A DNA stretch of 64,000 bases from Fusobacteriota bacterium (GTDB taxonomy: Bacteria > Bacillota > TC1): positions 295-64,294 of the forward strand of contig WTXA01000004.1 of NCBI GenBank assembly GCA_009773805.1, written 5' to 3'. Made by a program: the position numbers and the translations under genes. The notes below the pieces were generated by a model that was given only the letters and a program-made list of their open reading frames with translations, was not told the origin of the DNA and did no database searches. Every line of letters begins with the position of its first letter. Position 1 is the stretch's first letter. Positions 20,007-30,370 of this stretch are shown in pieces.

Positions 20007-22577
20007 TTATACCTCCTCGACCATGTACCAATTCTCACCGACTTTTAAATCTACTACTAATGGTACACTTAAGTCCATGGCTGATGCCATTTCAACTCTG
20101 ATTAGGTCCTTGATAATTTCTAATTCATGATCCTCAACTTCAATGATTAATTCGTCATGAACTTGAAGTACTACCTGGGATTTCAAGTTTTCTTTCCTTA
20201 AGCGTTCATCCACCCTAATCATGGCAATTTTTATCATATCCGCAGCTGTACCTTGGATAGGTGCATTCATTGCCATTCTTTCTGCAGCAGACCTTACTTG
20301 ATACTGACTGCTTTTTAAATCTGACAATAGTCTGTATCTTCCAGTCAAGGTATATACTTTTAAAGTATTCTTGGCTTCTAAAATTGTATTTTCAATCCAA
20401 GTTCTAATCTTAGGATATCTGGAAAAGTATCTTTCAATATACTCTTTAGCTTCAGCCATAGGTATATCCAAGTCTCTACTTAATCCAAAATCACTTAAAC
20501 CATAGACAATGCCAAAATTTACTGCTTTTGCTTTCCTCCTCATATCACTGTCTACACTATCATAGTCAACACCAAATACTTCACTTGCTGTCTTTCTATG
20601 AATATCTTGACCGCTTTTAAATGCAGATATCATACCTTCATCACCAGACATATGAGCTAGAATTCTTAATTCAATTTGAGAATAATCGGCACAAAGAAAT
20701 ACATTCCCATCATTGACAGGTTTAAATGCCTTCCTTATCAACCTGCCTTCAGTCAACCTTATTGGTATATTCTGAAGATTAGGATTTTCACTAGACAAAC
20801 GACCAGTAACTGCAACTGTTTGGTTATATGTTGTATGTACTATATTATTATCCTTGGTTATTGCTAATAATCCTTCAATATATGTACTGTGTAACTTTGT
20901 AAGTTTTCTATATTCAAGAAGTAATGGTATTATTTCATGTTTATCATAAAGTTTTTCAAGCACCTCTTGATTAGTAGAAAAACCTGTCTTAGTCTTTTTC
21001 CAAGCAGGGAGCTTTAAATTTTCAAATAGGATCTTACCTAATTGTTGGGTGGAATTAATATTGAATTCAGATCCTGCCATCTTCCATATATTATTGGTCA
21101 AATAACCAATCTTCTCTACTACTTCTTTCTCCATAGTCTTCAGGTACTCTCTATCTAGTCCTACGCCATGAACTTCCATCTTGGCAAGTATAGGGCTAAG
21201 TGGTTTTTCAATATCCTTATAGACCCCATAAACGCCTTCCTCTACAGCTTTCTTATTTAGCAGTTCGAAAATTATATGTAGTTGTTGGCAGTAGAATTGA
21301 TTATCTCCATCGCTACCAATAAATTCCTTGACCACATTATCTCTTGTAAAATTTCGTTCAGGATAGATAACATAAGCTAATAAACTAATATCTTCAAATT
21401 CTAAATTATATATGTCTTTATTGTTATTTAATAATAGATGATAAATGGTTTTAGTATCAAAGAATACATACTTACATTTCTTATTGATCATTGCTTCTAA
21501 AAATAAATCGGTTGTGAGAGGATTGATGAAATCTACATCGTATTTTAGGTGTTTCTCCCCATCAAAGGCTTCCACGCTTAAAATATCATGATTATCAATT
21601 CTAATATCTAAGATAACTATATCACCTTTGATTTTATTAAAAGCTTCTAAAAATTCTGCTTGTCCATAACAGGTTTCACAGTTCTTGTAAGTTGTTTCTT
21701 CTTTTTCTTCTTCAACCAAATCCTTAAACACATTATTAAACTCCAAGCGCTTAAAAAGTTCGATTAACTTTACCTTGTCACCAAGTTCATCTATGGAATA
21801 TTCCAAATGATTGTAGTCAATAGGAACATCTTGGTTAATAGTTCCAAGGTGTCTACTGAAGTAAGCTTCTTCCTTGTATTTAATCAAGTTTTCTTTGACC
21901 TTGCCTTTTAAATCCTCAATATTTTCATAGATACCTTCTATATCTCCATACTCTTGAACCAGTTTTAAGGCAGTTTTGGCACCTACGCCTAGAACTCCTT
22001 TAATATTATCTGAGGGATCACCTTGTAATCCTTTTATATCTATTGCTTGTTTTGGAGTAAATCCATAATCATCCATAAGTTTTTCTGGATTGAGCTTTTC
22101 AATTTCTGACAAGCCTTTCCTAGTTAGGTATAGAGTTGTATAGTCATTTATTAATTGAAAGGCATCTTTATCTCCAGTAACCAGGATTATATTGTCCTTA
22201 TTCTCTGTTCCCAACTTACCTACAGTACCTAAAATATCATCAGCTTCAAAGCCTTCAGCTGCTAAAACTGGAATACCCATATATCTTAGTGCTTCCTTAA
22301 GAAGAGGAAATTGACTTTTAAGTTCAATATCTGTTTCTTTTCTTCCGGCCTTATAGTAGTCACATATATCGTGTCTGAAAGTTCTGCCTACGTCAAAGGC
22401 TACTCCTAGACCGTCTGGTTTCTCATCTTTTACCAAGCTTTCTAGCATTCTTAGAAACCCATAGATTCCATGAGTATATTCACCGTCTTTGTTTGTAAGT
22501 GGTCTCATGCCATGATAGGCTCTATGGAGCAAGCTATTTCCATCAATTATTATTATCTTCTTATTCAAGCACTTCAC
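20007..22577 (-). CDS. polA: DNA polymerase I
   Basis: 5-prime nuclease N-domain. Family A polymerase motifs DYSQIELR and QVHDELI. Confidence 0.95.
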   Translation of the reverse strand: MKCLNKKIIIIDGNSLLHRAYHGMRPLTNKDGEYTHGIYGFLRMLESLVKDEKPDGLGVAFDVGRTFRHDICDYYKAGRKETDIELKSQFPLLKEALRYMGIPVLAAEGFEADDILGTVGKLGTENKDNIILVTGDKDAFQLINDYTTLYLTRKGLSEIEKLNPEKLMDDYGFTPKQAIDIKGLQGDPSDNIKGVLGVGAKTALKLVQEYGDIEGIYENIEDLKGKVKENLIKYKEEAYFSRHLGTINQDVPIDYNHLEYSIDELGDKVKLIELFKRLEFNNVFKDLVEEEKEETTYKNCETCYGQAEFLEAFNKIKGDIVILDIRIDNHDILSVEAFDGEKHLKYDVDFINPLTTDLFLEAMINKKCKYVFFDTKTIYHLLLNNNKDIYNLEFEDISLLAYVIYPERNFTRDNVVKEFIGSDGDNQFYCQQLHIIFELLNKKAVEEGVYGVYKDIEKPLSPILAKMEVHGVGLDREYLKTMEKEVVEKIGYLTNNIWKMAGSEFNINSTQQLGKILFENLKLPAWKKTKTGFSTNQEVLEKLYDKHEIIPLLLEYRKLTKLHSTYIEGLLAITKDNNIVHTTYNQTVAVTGRLSSENPNLQNIPIRLTEGRLIRKAFKPVNDGNVFLCADYSQIELRILAHMSGDEGMISAFKSGQDIHRKTASEVFGVDYDSVDSDMRRKAKAVNFGIVYGLSDFGLSRDLDIPMAEAKEYIERYFSRYPKIRTWIENTILEAKNTLKVYTLTGRYRLLSDLKSSQYQVRSAAERMAMNAPIQGTAADMIKIAMIRVDERLRKENLKSQVVLQVHDELIIEVEDHELEIIKDLIRVEMASAMDLSVPLVVDLKVGENWYMVEEV

Positions 22578-22670
22578 CGTTACCTTATCTGTTAAATATT
22601 AATAATAATAATTCTTAACTTATTATTAACTAATTCCAATTATATCATATTAATCTTTACTTTTATGACT

Positions 22671-22709
22671 AAAAAACAAATAAGGATTGACCAATTATGA
22701 TCAATCCTT
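22671..22709 (-). terminator. Intrinsic terminator closing the long minus-strand operon
   Basis: 9-bp stem aaggattga/tcaatcctt with a 10-nt loop, followed on the minus strand by ATTTGTTTTTT. Lies about 150 nt past the stop of the last operon gene. Confidence 0.6.
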
Positions 22710-22861
22710 ATCATCCAATAGCATGGAATAAATACTGAAGGAATAAAGCCTAAATTAGATTTTGATTAATAATATAAGTATGTTGGATATACTTTTATGG
22801 AGGATATTAAACATTATCGAGTATGTTCAATTTGGACTTTAGCCCTTCAGATATTATCAAT

Positions 22862-23476
22862 TTATTTAATACCTTTTATCAACTTTAGAGTTTCCCCTAC
22901 TTTCCTTGTTAATGTTTCAAGATTCTTAATCCCATATTCATCAACTTCTTGTGTAAAAGGTACCGTGTCCTTACTCCAGATTGCAGCTCCACTATATACT
23001 CCCATGGAAGCACCAATTGGAATAATACCGTTTGTATGGAAGAAACCATGAAGTGAGCTAATAGTCATTTCCTGACCACCATTTCTTGCACCACCAACAG
23101 CTATTGCCATTCCCAACTTGTCATAAAAAACGTTAGGATTTTCTTTCAATGCATTGTAGTTTGGTCTAGTTCTACTTAATATAGCACTCATTTGAGGTGA
23201 CATCCCCATTTCATATATTGGAGAGCCCAATACTATAATATCACTAGCTAAAAACTCTTCATTGATATGCGAAATATCGTCTTGAAAAATTGTGCAGGTC
23301 TTAGTATTTTTCTTAACACAATCATTACAATGAATACACATGTTAATTTTCTTGCCTCTAACAGTAAAATATGTAGTTTCTACTCCATATTCCTTTTCAA
23401 GTATTTCTAGAGCTCGTCTAACTGCAAAGTCTGTAGCGTTTTTTCTAGTACTTCCGCAAATTCCTATTGCTTTCAT
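22862..23476 (-). CDS. NADPH-dependent FMN reductase-fold protein with iron-sulfur flavoprotein (Isf)-type cysteine cluster
   Basis: Flavodoxin-like N-terminus (MKAIGICGSTRKN). Compact motif C-x2-C-x2-C-x7-C (CIHCNDCVKKNTKTC), as described for Methanosarcina Isf. Starts 2 nt after the stop of the upstream gene. Confidence 0.7.
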   Translation of the reverse strand: MKAIGICGSTRKNATDFAVRRALEILEKEYGVETTYFTVRGKKINMCIHCNDCVKKNTKTCTIFQDDISHINEEFLASDIIVLGSPIYEMGMSPQMSAILSRTRPNYNALKENPNVFYDKLGMAIAVGGARNGGQEMTISSLHGFFHTNGIIPIGASMGVYSGAAIWSKDTVPFTQEVDEYGIKNLETLTRKVGETLKLIKGIK

Positions 23477-23478
23477 AT

Positions 23479-24459
23479 TTATACCTTCTTCCTTTTGTTC
23501 TTAAAGAAGCTACTGGAGATTATGTCTTCCCTAATATTTCCTTGTGAGAAAATATTACCTGTATTCATGTTGAAAATTTCAACTCTAGCAGGAGAATGAA
23601 TGTTTAGATCCATTTTGTAGTATGTTCTATCTGCTTCTAAATACAGCTCCCTAAATGATCTGCCATAGTCTTTTGAATATTCTGTTACCAATTTTGGTAA
23701 AATTCTGGTAATTTCTTCATCACTCTTACACTTAACCCAGTATTGTGATCTGCCACCATATAGTAGTGAATCGTTTATCTTGCCCATCGCTTCATCATCA
23801 TCTAAAGTAACTGGAGCTACCAAGGCAAAACCTCTTGCAAATTCCAAGGCATATTCTATGCTTTGGTCTTCTTGCATCATGATTTTATGTAGTGTTTGTT
23901 CCAAAATACGAGCAGCTACTTGAACTGCAGCTACTATTGAAGTATTGTTATGAACCAGCAAATATATATTATCAGGACTCATATTACATTCTTCTGCTAT
24001 TTTCATAGCAATTTCATCATCTGGAACTCTTTGTCCTTGTACTCCAAGTACAACTAATTCTGCTTCAGTATCCCTGTAACTATCAGGAATATCAAAACAA
24101 TAATCTTCCTTATTTCTAGCTACAGCCCTTCCAGGGCCTGAACCAATCATACCATCCCCAATAGGATAAGAGGCAATTTGGCTGTACCTCAGAGCCAAAA
24201 TCGGCTCTGAAGTCATAACCTCAACAGCTAAACAGCTGTGTCCATCTTCAAGTACATAGTCTCTATAGGTTACAGTTCCAAGATCAGCCATATTTATTTC
24301 AGTAAATAGTCTAGCTGCCTCAAAGCTGCCTTTAGCCTCAATTCCCATGTCGATTATATTTGCTCCGCATGGTAATTTATAGCTTTTACATGATAATGCT
24401 TCATAATTATCTAAAATGAATTGTAATTTTCTTTTTACGTTGTTGTTTAAACTAATCAT
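23479..24459 (-). CDS. Methenyltetrahydromethanopterin cyclohydrolase (Mch, PF02289)-like protein, paralog 2
   Basis: About 320 aa. Blocks recalled from archaeal Mch: GANIIDMGIEAKGSFEAARLF, GSGPGRA, IVAAVQVAARILEQTLHK, AMGKINDSLLYGG, and a C-terminal ...NIREDIISSSF. Collinear with the ORF at 27985-28947. Confidence 0.7.
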   Translation of the reverse strand: MISLNNNVKRKLQFILDNYEALSCKSYKLPCGANIIDMGIEAKGSFEAARLFTEINMADLGTVTYRDYVLEDGHSCLAVEVMTSEPILALRYSQIASYPIGDGMIGSGPGRAVARNKEDYCFDIPDSYRDTEAELVVLGVQGQRVPDDEIAMKIAEECNMSPDNIYLLVHNNTSIVAAVQVAARILEQTLHKIMMQEDQSIEYALEFARGFALVAPVTLDDDEAMGKINDSLLYGGRSQYWVKCKSDEEITRILPKLVTEYSKDYGRSFRELYLEADRTYYKMDLNIHSPARVEIFNMNTGNIFSQGNIREDIISSSFFKNKRKKV

Positions 24460-24466
24460 GTTTCAC

Positions 24467-25993
24467 CTATATTTCGTTAATTAATTCTTGAATTCTGTTT
24501 AAGAACCTTGCTGCTGGAGCACCATTAATCACTCTGTGATCATGTGTCAAGCTAAATGACATTAGATTCTTTTTATAGAATCCACCATCTCTTACAGCTA
24601 ATTCTCTTCTGATAGCACCTAGTCCTAGAATAGCACTTTCACCAATATTTAATACAGGAGTGAAATATTTGATACCAAACATTCCTAGGTTAGTCATGGT
24701 AAATGATCCATAACTTAAATCGTTTTCAGTCAATTTACCTGCTTTAGCTTTTTCAGCCAACTGTGCTAGTTCAGTAGCTACAGCAGAATAGAATTTCTTG
24801 TCGGCATTTTTAATGTTAGGGACAAAAAGTCCACCTTCTACATCAATTGCTATACCAATATTTACATCAACAAGTTCTTTGAACATATTGTCTTCTATAA
24901 CTGTTCTCATGATTGGATACTCTTTTAAAGCTTTTGCAATTAGATTTACCAATACTGAAGTGTAACTTAATTTTACTCCCATAGCAGCATAATCTGTTTT
25001 GTTAGCCTGATAGAATTCAACTAGATTATCAACATCCATATCCATAGTTATAGTAGTTTGGGCAGTTTCTTGTAGACTCTTATACATTCCTGACGCAATG
25101 GCTTTTTCCATAGCTGTCATTTTTCTGTTAATAGGTGTTGGCGCTAAAGCAACATTTTTAAGAAGTCCTAGATCATAGGCTTTCTTAATATCTTCTCTAG
25201 TTACCATATTATAGTAACCAGTTCCCTTGATTCTTGTAGCATTTACTCCAAGCTCATCAGCTAGTTTTTGTGCCTTTGTTGTTAGAACTGAAGAACCATA
25301 AGAGTTTGAATCAGCAGCAACTTCTTCATTAACTTCTACAACTTCCACTACTGGTTTATTGTTTTCTACAACTTCCATTTCAGAAGGAGAACATTGTGAA
25401 AAAACTTCACCTTCAGCTGCAACTTCACCTTCTCCGATTTTAGCGATTGTCTTACCACAGTTAACTGTAGCACCTTCTTCTACTAAAGGATAAAAAGGTC
25501 CAGCTACTGGAGCCATTAATTCATTTGTAAGTTTTTCTATTGCTATTTCTGCGATTACATCGCCTTCTTCAACCATATCCCCTGCAGAGAAGAACCATGT
25601 TGAAACAGTTCCTTCTTCCATATTAGCACCATATCTTGGCATTACTACAATTGTTGCATCACTTGAGGATACTACATCTGCAACTTGCTTTTGATCTTGT
25701 ACAATTTCAGGTGATTTTTCTTGTACAGTAGGTGTCGACTCTTCAATATCTTCACCTTGTTGTCCTATATAGGCTATTGGAGTTCCACAATCATATGTTT
25801 CACCCTCAGCACCTACTAATTTTAATATTATTCCATCTTCAGGTGCAAGAAGCTCATTACTTAATTTTTCGATAGCTATTTCAGCTATCGCCTGGCCTTT
25901 TGTTACAGATTCTCCCTCTTCAACAAACCAGGTAGCAATAGTCCCTTCATCCATGTTAGCCCCATATCTAGGCATTTCGATTACAGTAGACAT
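24467..25993 (-). CDS. 2-oxoacid/acetoin dehydrogenase E2 (dihydrolipoamide acyltransferase) with two lipoyl domains
   Basis: Two N-terminal lipoyl-type domains (MPRYGANM[DE]EGT...AEIAIEKL[ST]NEL). E1/E3-binding domain (KAQKLADELGVNATRIKGTG). Catalytic domain with DHRVINGAPAARFL. Confidence 0.88.
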   Translation of the reverse strand: MSTVIEMPRYGANMDEGTIATWFVEEGESVTKGQAIAEIAIEKLSNELLAPEDGIILKLVGAEGETYDCGTPIAYIGQQGEDIEESTPTVQEKSPEIVQDQKQVADVVSSSDATIVVMPRYGANMEEGTVSTWFFSAGDMVEEGDVIAEIAIEKLTNELMAPVAGPFYPLVEEGATVNCGKTIAKIGEGEVAAEGEVFSQCSPSEMEVVENNKPVVEVVEVNEEVAADSNSYGSSVLTTKAQKLADELGVNATRIKGTGYYNMVTREDIKKAYDLGLLKNVALAPTPINRKMTAMEKAIASGMYKSLQETAQTTITMDMDVDNLVEFYQANKTDYAAMGVKLSYTSVLVNLIAKALKEYPIMRTVIEDNMFKELVDVNIGIAIDVEGGLFVPNIKNADKKFYSAVATELAQLAEKAKAGKLTENDLSYGSFTMTNLGMFGIKYFTPVLNIGESAILGLGAIRRELAVRDGGFYKKNLMSFSLTHDHRVINGAPAARFLNRIQELINEI

Positions 25994-26005
25994 ACAATTT
26001 CCTCC

Positions 26006-26983
26006 TTAATATGCCATTACTTCATTACAAGCGGTAATTACATCCTCATAATGTGGCAAGACATAATCTTCCATTCCTGGAGCAAAAGGTACTGGTGTAT
26101 CAAGAGATGTAACCCTCTTAATTGGAGCTTTTAGATATTCGAATAATTCTTCACCTAACATAGCACCAATTTCAGCACCATAACCCATTACTTTAGGACC
26201 TTCTTGAACTACAACTAGTCTACCAGTCTTAGCAACTGACTTCTTAATTGTTTCTTTATCTAATGGGAAAATTGTTCTTGGATTAATAATTTCAACAGAA
26301 ACTCCTTTAGCAGCCATTTCGTCAGCTGCTTTATGAGCAAATTTCAACATACTCATTGCCGCAACTATTGTGATGTCTGCTCCTTCTCTTGCTACATGTG
26401 CCTCATAAAGTGGTATTTCATATAGTTCTTCAGGAACTTCACCTTTAACATTATATAAATGTTTGTGTTCTAGGAAAACAACTGGATTATTATTTCTAAT
26501 TGAAGCAACTAAAAGTCCTTTTGCTTCATATGGAGTAGCAGGAGCAACAATAACAAGTCCTGGTATATTCATCAACCATGGCTCGATACATTGTGAGTGA
26601 TGATAGGCACATCTGATTCCACCACCAGTTACAGCTCTTACTACCATTTGAGCGCTAGCTTCACCTTGATACATATAGTTTAATTTTGCTGCATTATTTA
26701 CTAACTGGTCATAACATACTGTTATAAAGTCAGCGAACATTAATTCAGCTACTGGTCTTAGACCGCAAACGCTTGCACCACATGATAAACCTGTAATTGC
26801 AGATTCTGACAAAGCAGTATCAAATGCTCTATCTGGCCATCTATCCCAAATTCCACTTGTTATTCCAAAGTCGCCACCCATTTTGGCAACGTCTTCTCCT
26901 AATATAAAAACGCTATCATCACGTTCCATTTCTTGCATCATAGCTTCGTTAAGAGCCTTGCTAAATGATATAGTTCTAGCCAT
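26006..26983 (-). CDS. Thiamine-diphosphate-dependent dehydrogenase E1 beta subunit (AcoB/PdhB-like)
   Basis: Typical E1-beta length and blocks (FILGEDV...GG, DTALSESAI, transketolase C-terminal-like domain). 1-nt overlap with the E1 alpha gene. Confidence 0.88.
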   Translation of the reverse strand: MARTISFSKALNEAMMQEMERDDSVFILGEDVAKMGGDFGITSGIWDRWPDRAFDTALSESAITGLSCGASVCGLRPVAELMFADFITVCYDQLVNNAAKLNYMYQGEASAQMVVRAVTGGGIRCAYHHSQCIEPWLMNIPGLVIVAPATPYEAKGLLVASIRNNNPVVFLEHKHLYNVKGEVPEELYEIPLYEAHVAREGADITIVAAMSMLKFAHKAADEMAAKGVSVEIINPRTIFPLDKETIKKSVAKTGRLVVVQEGPKVMGYGAEIGAMLGEELFEYLKAPIKRVTSLDTPVPFAPGMEDYVLPHYEDVITACNEVMAY

Positions 26984-27969
26984 TATCTTCCCTCCACTTC
27001 TCTGTCAGTGTATACATATTTAACCGCATCTTCTGGTTTTGGAACTGGAGATTCTAGTGAGAATTTTACATACTCAGCTATTTCAGTTTCTACTCTTTCA
27101 GAAATCGCTTCAATTTCAGCATCGCTAACACCATGATTTTCTTGTAATCTTTGTTTAGTTATTTTTAATGGATCTTTTTCTTTCCAAGCTTCTAATTCAC
27201 CATCAGGTCTGTAAGCTGCTGGGTCTCCTGAGAAGTGACCTTGCCACCTATAGGACATCATTTCAATCAATGTAGGTCCTTCACCACGTCTTGCTCTATC
27301 AACAGCTTGTTGGGTAACTTCAATAACTTCCTCAATGTCGTTTCCATCAATTGTCATACTAGGAACTTCGTAACCTAGGCCCCAAGTTGAAAGTTGTTTT
27401 TGTGGATGTGCTTCTGTATAGTGAGTTGAAATTGCATATTGATTATTAATCAATACATAAATTAAAGGTAACTTCCATGTTGCTGACATATTTAAACTCT
27501 CGTGACATGTACCTTCACCTAGTGTTCCATCTCCCATAAATACAACTGTTACATCATCATTTTTTCTGTAAACAGAATTGAAAGCAGTTCCTAAAGCAGT
27601 AACAACAGTTGACCCTTGGATTCCATTGAAGCCCATGTTTCTTACTGATAAATCGTGAACGTGCATACTTCCACCTCTACCTCCATTGATACCTGTAGCT
27701 TTAGCGAAAATCTCTGACATACATCTTTTTCTTTCCTCAGGTTTGCTTGATAACACGATAGCACCGTGTCCTCTGTGATCTGGGAACTTGTAGTCTGTAT
27801 CTTTCAAAACATCGACAACTCCAGCTTGCGCTGCTTCTTGTCCAATGCTCAAATGTATAAATCCTGGTATAGTTCCATTTTTTGCATATACTTCAACTTC
27901 TTCTTCGAAGCGACGTATAAGCAACATGTCCTCGTAAACTTTTAATAAATGTTCTTTACTTAATGACAT
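26983..27969 (-). CDS. Thiamine-diphosphate-dependent dehydrogenase E1 alpha subunit (AcoA/PdhA-like)
   Basis: IRRFEE, GFIHLSIGQEA, and ThDP motif GDGTLGEG...NNQYAIS. Confidence 0.88.
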   Translation of the reverse strand: MSLSKEHLLKVYEDMLLIRRFEEEVEVYAKNGTIPGFIHLSIGQEAAQAGVVDVLKDTDYKFPDHRGHGAIVLSSKPEERKRCMSEIFAKATGINGGRGGSMHVHDLSVRNMGFNGIQGSTVVTALGTAFNSVYRKNDDVTVVFMGDGTLGEGTCHESLNMSATWKLPLIYVLINNQYAISTHYTEAHPQKQLSTWGLGYEVPSMTIDGNDIEEVIEVTQQAVDRARRGEGPTLIEMMSYRWQGHFSGDPAAYRPDGELEAWKEKDPLKITKQRLQENHGVSDAEIEAISERVETEIAEYVKFSLESPVPKPEDAVKYVYTDREVEGR

Positions 27970-27984
27970 TATTTGTCCTCCTTT

Positions 27985-28947
27985 CTAATTTAAGAAGCTT
28001 TTTCTTATAACTTCTTTATTTATCTCACCAGCTGTAAAGCATTTTCCGGATCTTATACTTTGCAACTGAATACGAGCTATTGAATGAAAATCATGGTCTA
28101 CTTTATAGAAGTCACAACCACAATCTTCGAACACTTTTGCAAAAGGTTCTGGATAATATGGTGATGAAGTGCTTGATACTAGTTGATGAACAACTTTTTG
28201 ACATTCTACATCATCTGCATCTACCCAAAATTCTGTGGTACCACCATAAAGGATGGCATCATTGATTCTGCCCATAGCTTTTATTTCGTCATTAACTAGT
28301 GGTGCAATCGGAGCAATACCTCTACAATTAACTACTTTACTAACTTCAAAACCTTTTTCATGCATTTTATGACAAACTTGTTCTAATAACCTAGCAGCTA
28401 CTTGAACACTACCAACTATGCAAGCACTAGGTGCTAGCAGAAGATATACATCCTTAACATCAACTTTACAAGCTGCTGCTACTTCTTTGGCAATTTCATC
28501 AGATGGATATTTGATGTCCTGGATACAAAGAACCACTTCATCGTTTCTATCTCTGTATGGAGTCATATCAAGATACATATCTGTAGGTACTACAGCTTGT
28601 GCTCTTGCTGGTCCTGATCCAATTGTTGCGAAGTTACCTTCACCTAATTGCCAACCGGCAATTTGTGAGCCTAAACATGTAATTAATGGTTCGGTTACAA
28701 ATAGTTCTACAGCGCTAAATGATATTTCTTCATCAAGTTTCCAAGAACCTAATTGAACAGTACCAGTGTTACCCATTGTAACTTTAGTGAACATAATCCC
28801 CGCTTCATAGGAGCCTTTAGCCTCTAGTCCACAGTCGATTAGCGTCGCGCCACAGTCCATTTTAACAACCTTAACGCCAATTTTATCGCAATCTTCAATC
28901 ATTTCTCTGACTACTTTCATAGCCTCTTTGTTAATACTTAAAGCCAT
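27985..28947 (-). CDS. Methenyltetrahydromethanopterin cyclohydrolase (Mch, PF02289)-like protein, paralog 1
   Basis: GATLIDCGLEAKGSYEAGIMF, GSGPARA, VYLLLAPSACIVGSVQVAARLLEQVCHKMHEKGF, IAPIAP, AMGRINDAILYGG, DFYKVD, EINKEVIRKSF. By recall this closely mirrors archaeal Mch sequences along the whole length. Confidence 0.75.
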   Translation of the reverse strand: MALSINKEAMKVVREMIEDCDKIGVKVVKMDCGATLIDCGLEAKGSYEAGIMFTKVTMGNTGTVQLGSWKLDEEISFSAVELFVTEPLITCLGSQIAGWQLGEGNFATIGSGPARAQAVVPTDMYLDMTPYRDRNDEVVLCIQDIKYPSDEIAKEVAAACKVDVKDVYLLLAPSACIVGSVQVAARLLEQVCHKMHEKGFEVSKVVNCRGIAPIAPLVNDEIKAMGRINDAILYGGTTEFWVDADDVECQKVVHQLVSSTSSPYYPEPFAKVFEDCGCDFYKVDHDFHSIARIQLQSIRSGKCFTAGEINKEVIRKSFLN

Positions 28948-28958
28948 TTTATTCCCTC

Positions 28959-29690
28959 CTAATATCTGTTGCCGAATACATCTATTGCGGCACCTTTGAT
29001 TGGAGAAGCATCGTCAGAAACCAAGAATAGTACAACCTTTGATACTTCAGGTGGTTGTAGCATTTCTTCTAGCGGAATTACTACCGCTGCGTCAGAATCA
29101 ACTCTCTCTCTTGTCTTTTCAGTGTTTACCATTCCTAAATATATTGAATTAACATTAATGTTATCGTATTTAACTTCTTCTGATAAAATATTTGAGAAGG
29201 TTATAATACCTCCTTTTGAAGCACCATATGCTGCAAAGCCTGGGAAGAATACTTTAGCTCCAGCAGATGCTATATTAAGAACTTTTCCATATTTCTTTTC
29301 AAGCATATATGGTATAACGGCTTTGGTAAAATAGAAAGTTCCATTTAGATTGATATTTATTTGTTTTTCCCAATCTTCAACAGAAGTTTCAACGACTGGT
29401 TGTCCTTTGTAATAGGCTGCATTATTAATTAAAATATCAATACCACCAGCATTTTTCACTATGTCATCTACACAAGCTTGTACAGCTTTTGCATCGCTAA
29501 CGTCAACTTTATAAGTAATAGCCTTAGCACCTGACGCTTCTATAGTTTTTTTCATGTTTTCTAATCCAATTACATCCATGTCGATTAAGGCAACAGTTGC
29601 ACCTTCATTAGCTAAATCAATTGCATACTGTGCTCCTAGTCCTCTGGCTGCTCCAGTTACTATCGCTACCTTGTTTTCAAATCTTCTCAT
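28959..29690 (-). CDS. Short-chain dehydrogenase/reductase (SDR)
   Basis: TGAARGLG cofactor motif, NNAA, catalytic S...YxxxK (YGASK). Confidence 0.88.
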   Translation of the reverse strand: MRRFENKVAIVTGAARGLGAQYAIDLANEGATVALIDMDVIGLENMKKTIEASGAKAITYKVDVSDAKAVQACVDDIVKNAGGIDILINNAAYYKGQPVVETSVEDWEKQININLNGTFYFTKAVIPYMLEKKYGKVLNIASAGAKVFFPGFAAYGASKGGIITFSNILSEEVKYDNINVNSIYLGMVNTEKTRERVDSDAAVVIPLEEMLQPPEVSKVVLFLVSDDASPIKGAAIDVFGNRY

Positions 29691-29697
29691 TTTACAC

Positions 29698-30354
29698 CTA
29701 ACTTTCTAAAACTTTCTCCAATATTGTATAACAATGGAGTTCATGTTCCTCAATAATATCTCTCATTTTTTTCTTATCTTTTGTAATGATACATTCCAAT
29801 ATTTTAAAGTGATCCTCTGCAAGTAAATTAGCATCATCAGGACATTTACCTACTCCAGCTATATATAGTGACTTATGTAAAAAAGTGTGATCATTCAAGA
29901 TGTCTTTTACACTAGGCAAATTTACCAAGGCATATAACTCTTCGTGATACTTCTCTGCGAAATCGACATATTTTTTTCCATCACAACTATTTATAGCCTT
30001 TTGACTGCCATTTACATATTCTTCTAATAATTTTCTTTTACTGTCAGAAATCGCACTATTGTCAATAATATAGTCCATGGCAACAATTTCCAAGGCTCCA
30101 GATATTAGCAAACTCTCTTTAATCTCGCTAAGGGATAAATCCTTTATTCTGAAACCAACTCCAGGATACATTGTTATATAACCTTCAGATTCTAGAATTT
30201 TAATTGCACCACTAACCGGTGTTCTACTTACTCCAATTTCATTAGCTACATCGACAATAGTGTAAAGATGATTCTTCTTATAGAGTCCCTGTCCAATTTT
30301 GTCTTTTATCTCATTGTAAGCAAATTCAGTTTTTGTAATGAACTTTCTAACCAT
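29698..30354 (-). CDS. GntR-family transcriptional regulator (FadR/FCD-type C-domain)
   Basis: N-terminal wHTH (VDVANEIGVSRTPVSGAIKILESEGYI) plus an all-helical C-terminal domain. Embedded mid-operon. Confidence 0.8.
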   Translation of the reverse strand: MVRKFITKTEFAYNEIKDKIGQGLYKKNHLYTIVDVANEIGVSRTPVSGAIKILESEGYITMYPGVGFRIKDLSLSEIKESLLISGALEIVAMDYIIDNSAISDSKRKLLEEYVNGSQKAINSCDGKKYVDFAEKYHEELYALVNLPSVKDILNDHTFLHKSLYIAGVGKCPDDANLLAEDHFKILECIITKDKKKMRDIIEEHELHCYTILEKVLES

Positions 30355-30370
30355 TGTTCCTCATTTCCAC

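Noticed and set aside
22797-23051. Plus-strand 84-aa ORF overlapping the end of the Isf-like gene
   Set aside because: It overlaps a motif-bearing minus-strand gene, has a hydrophobic low-complexity translation and has no RBS.
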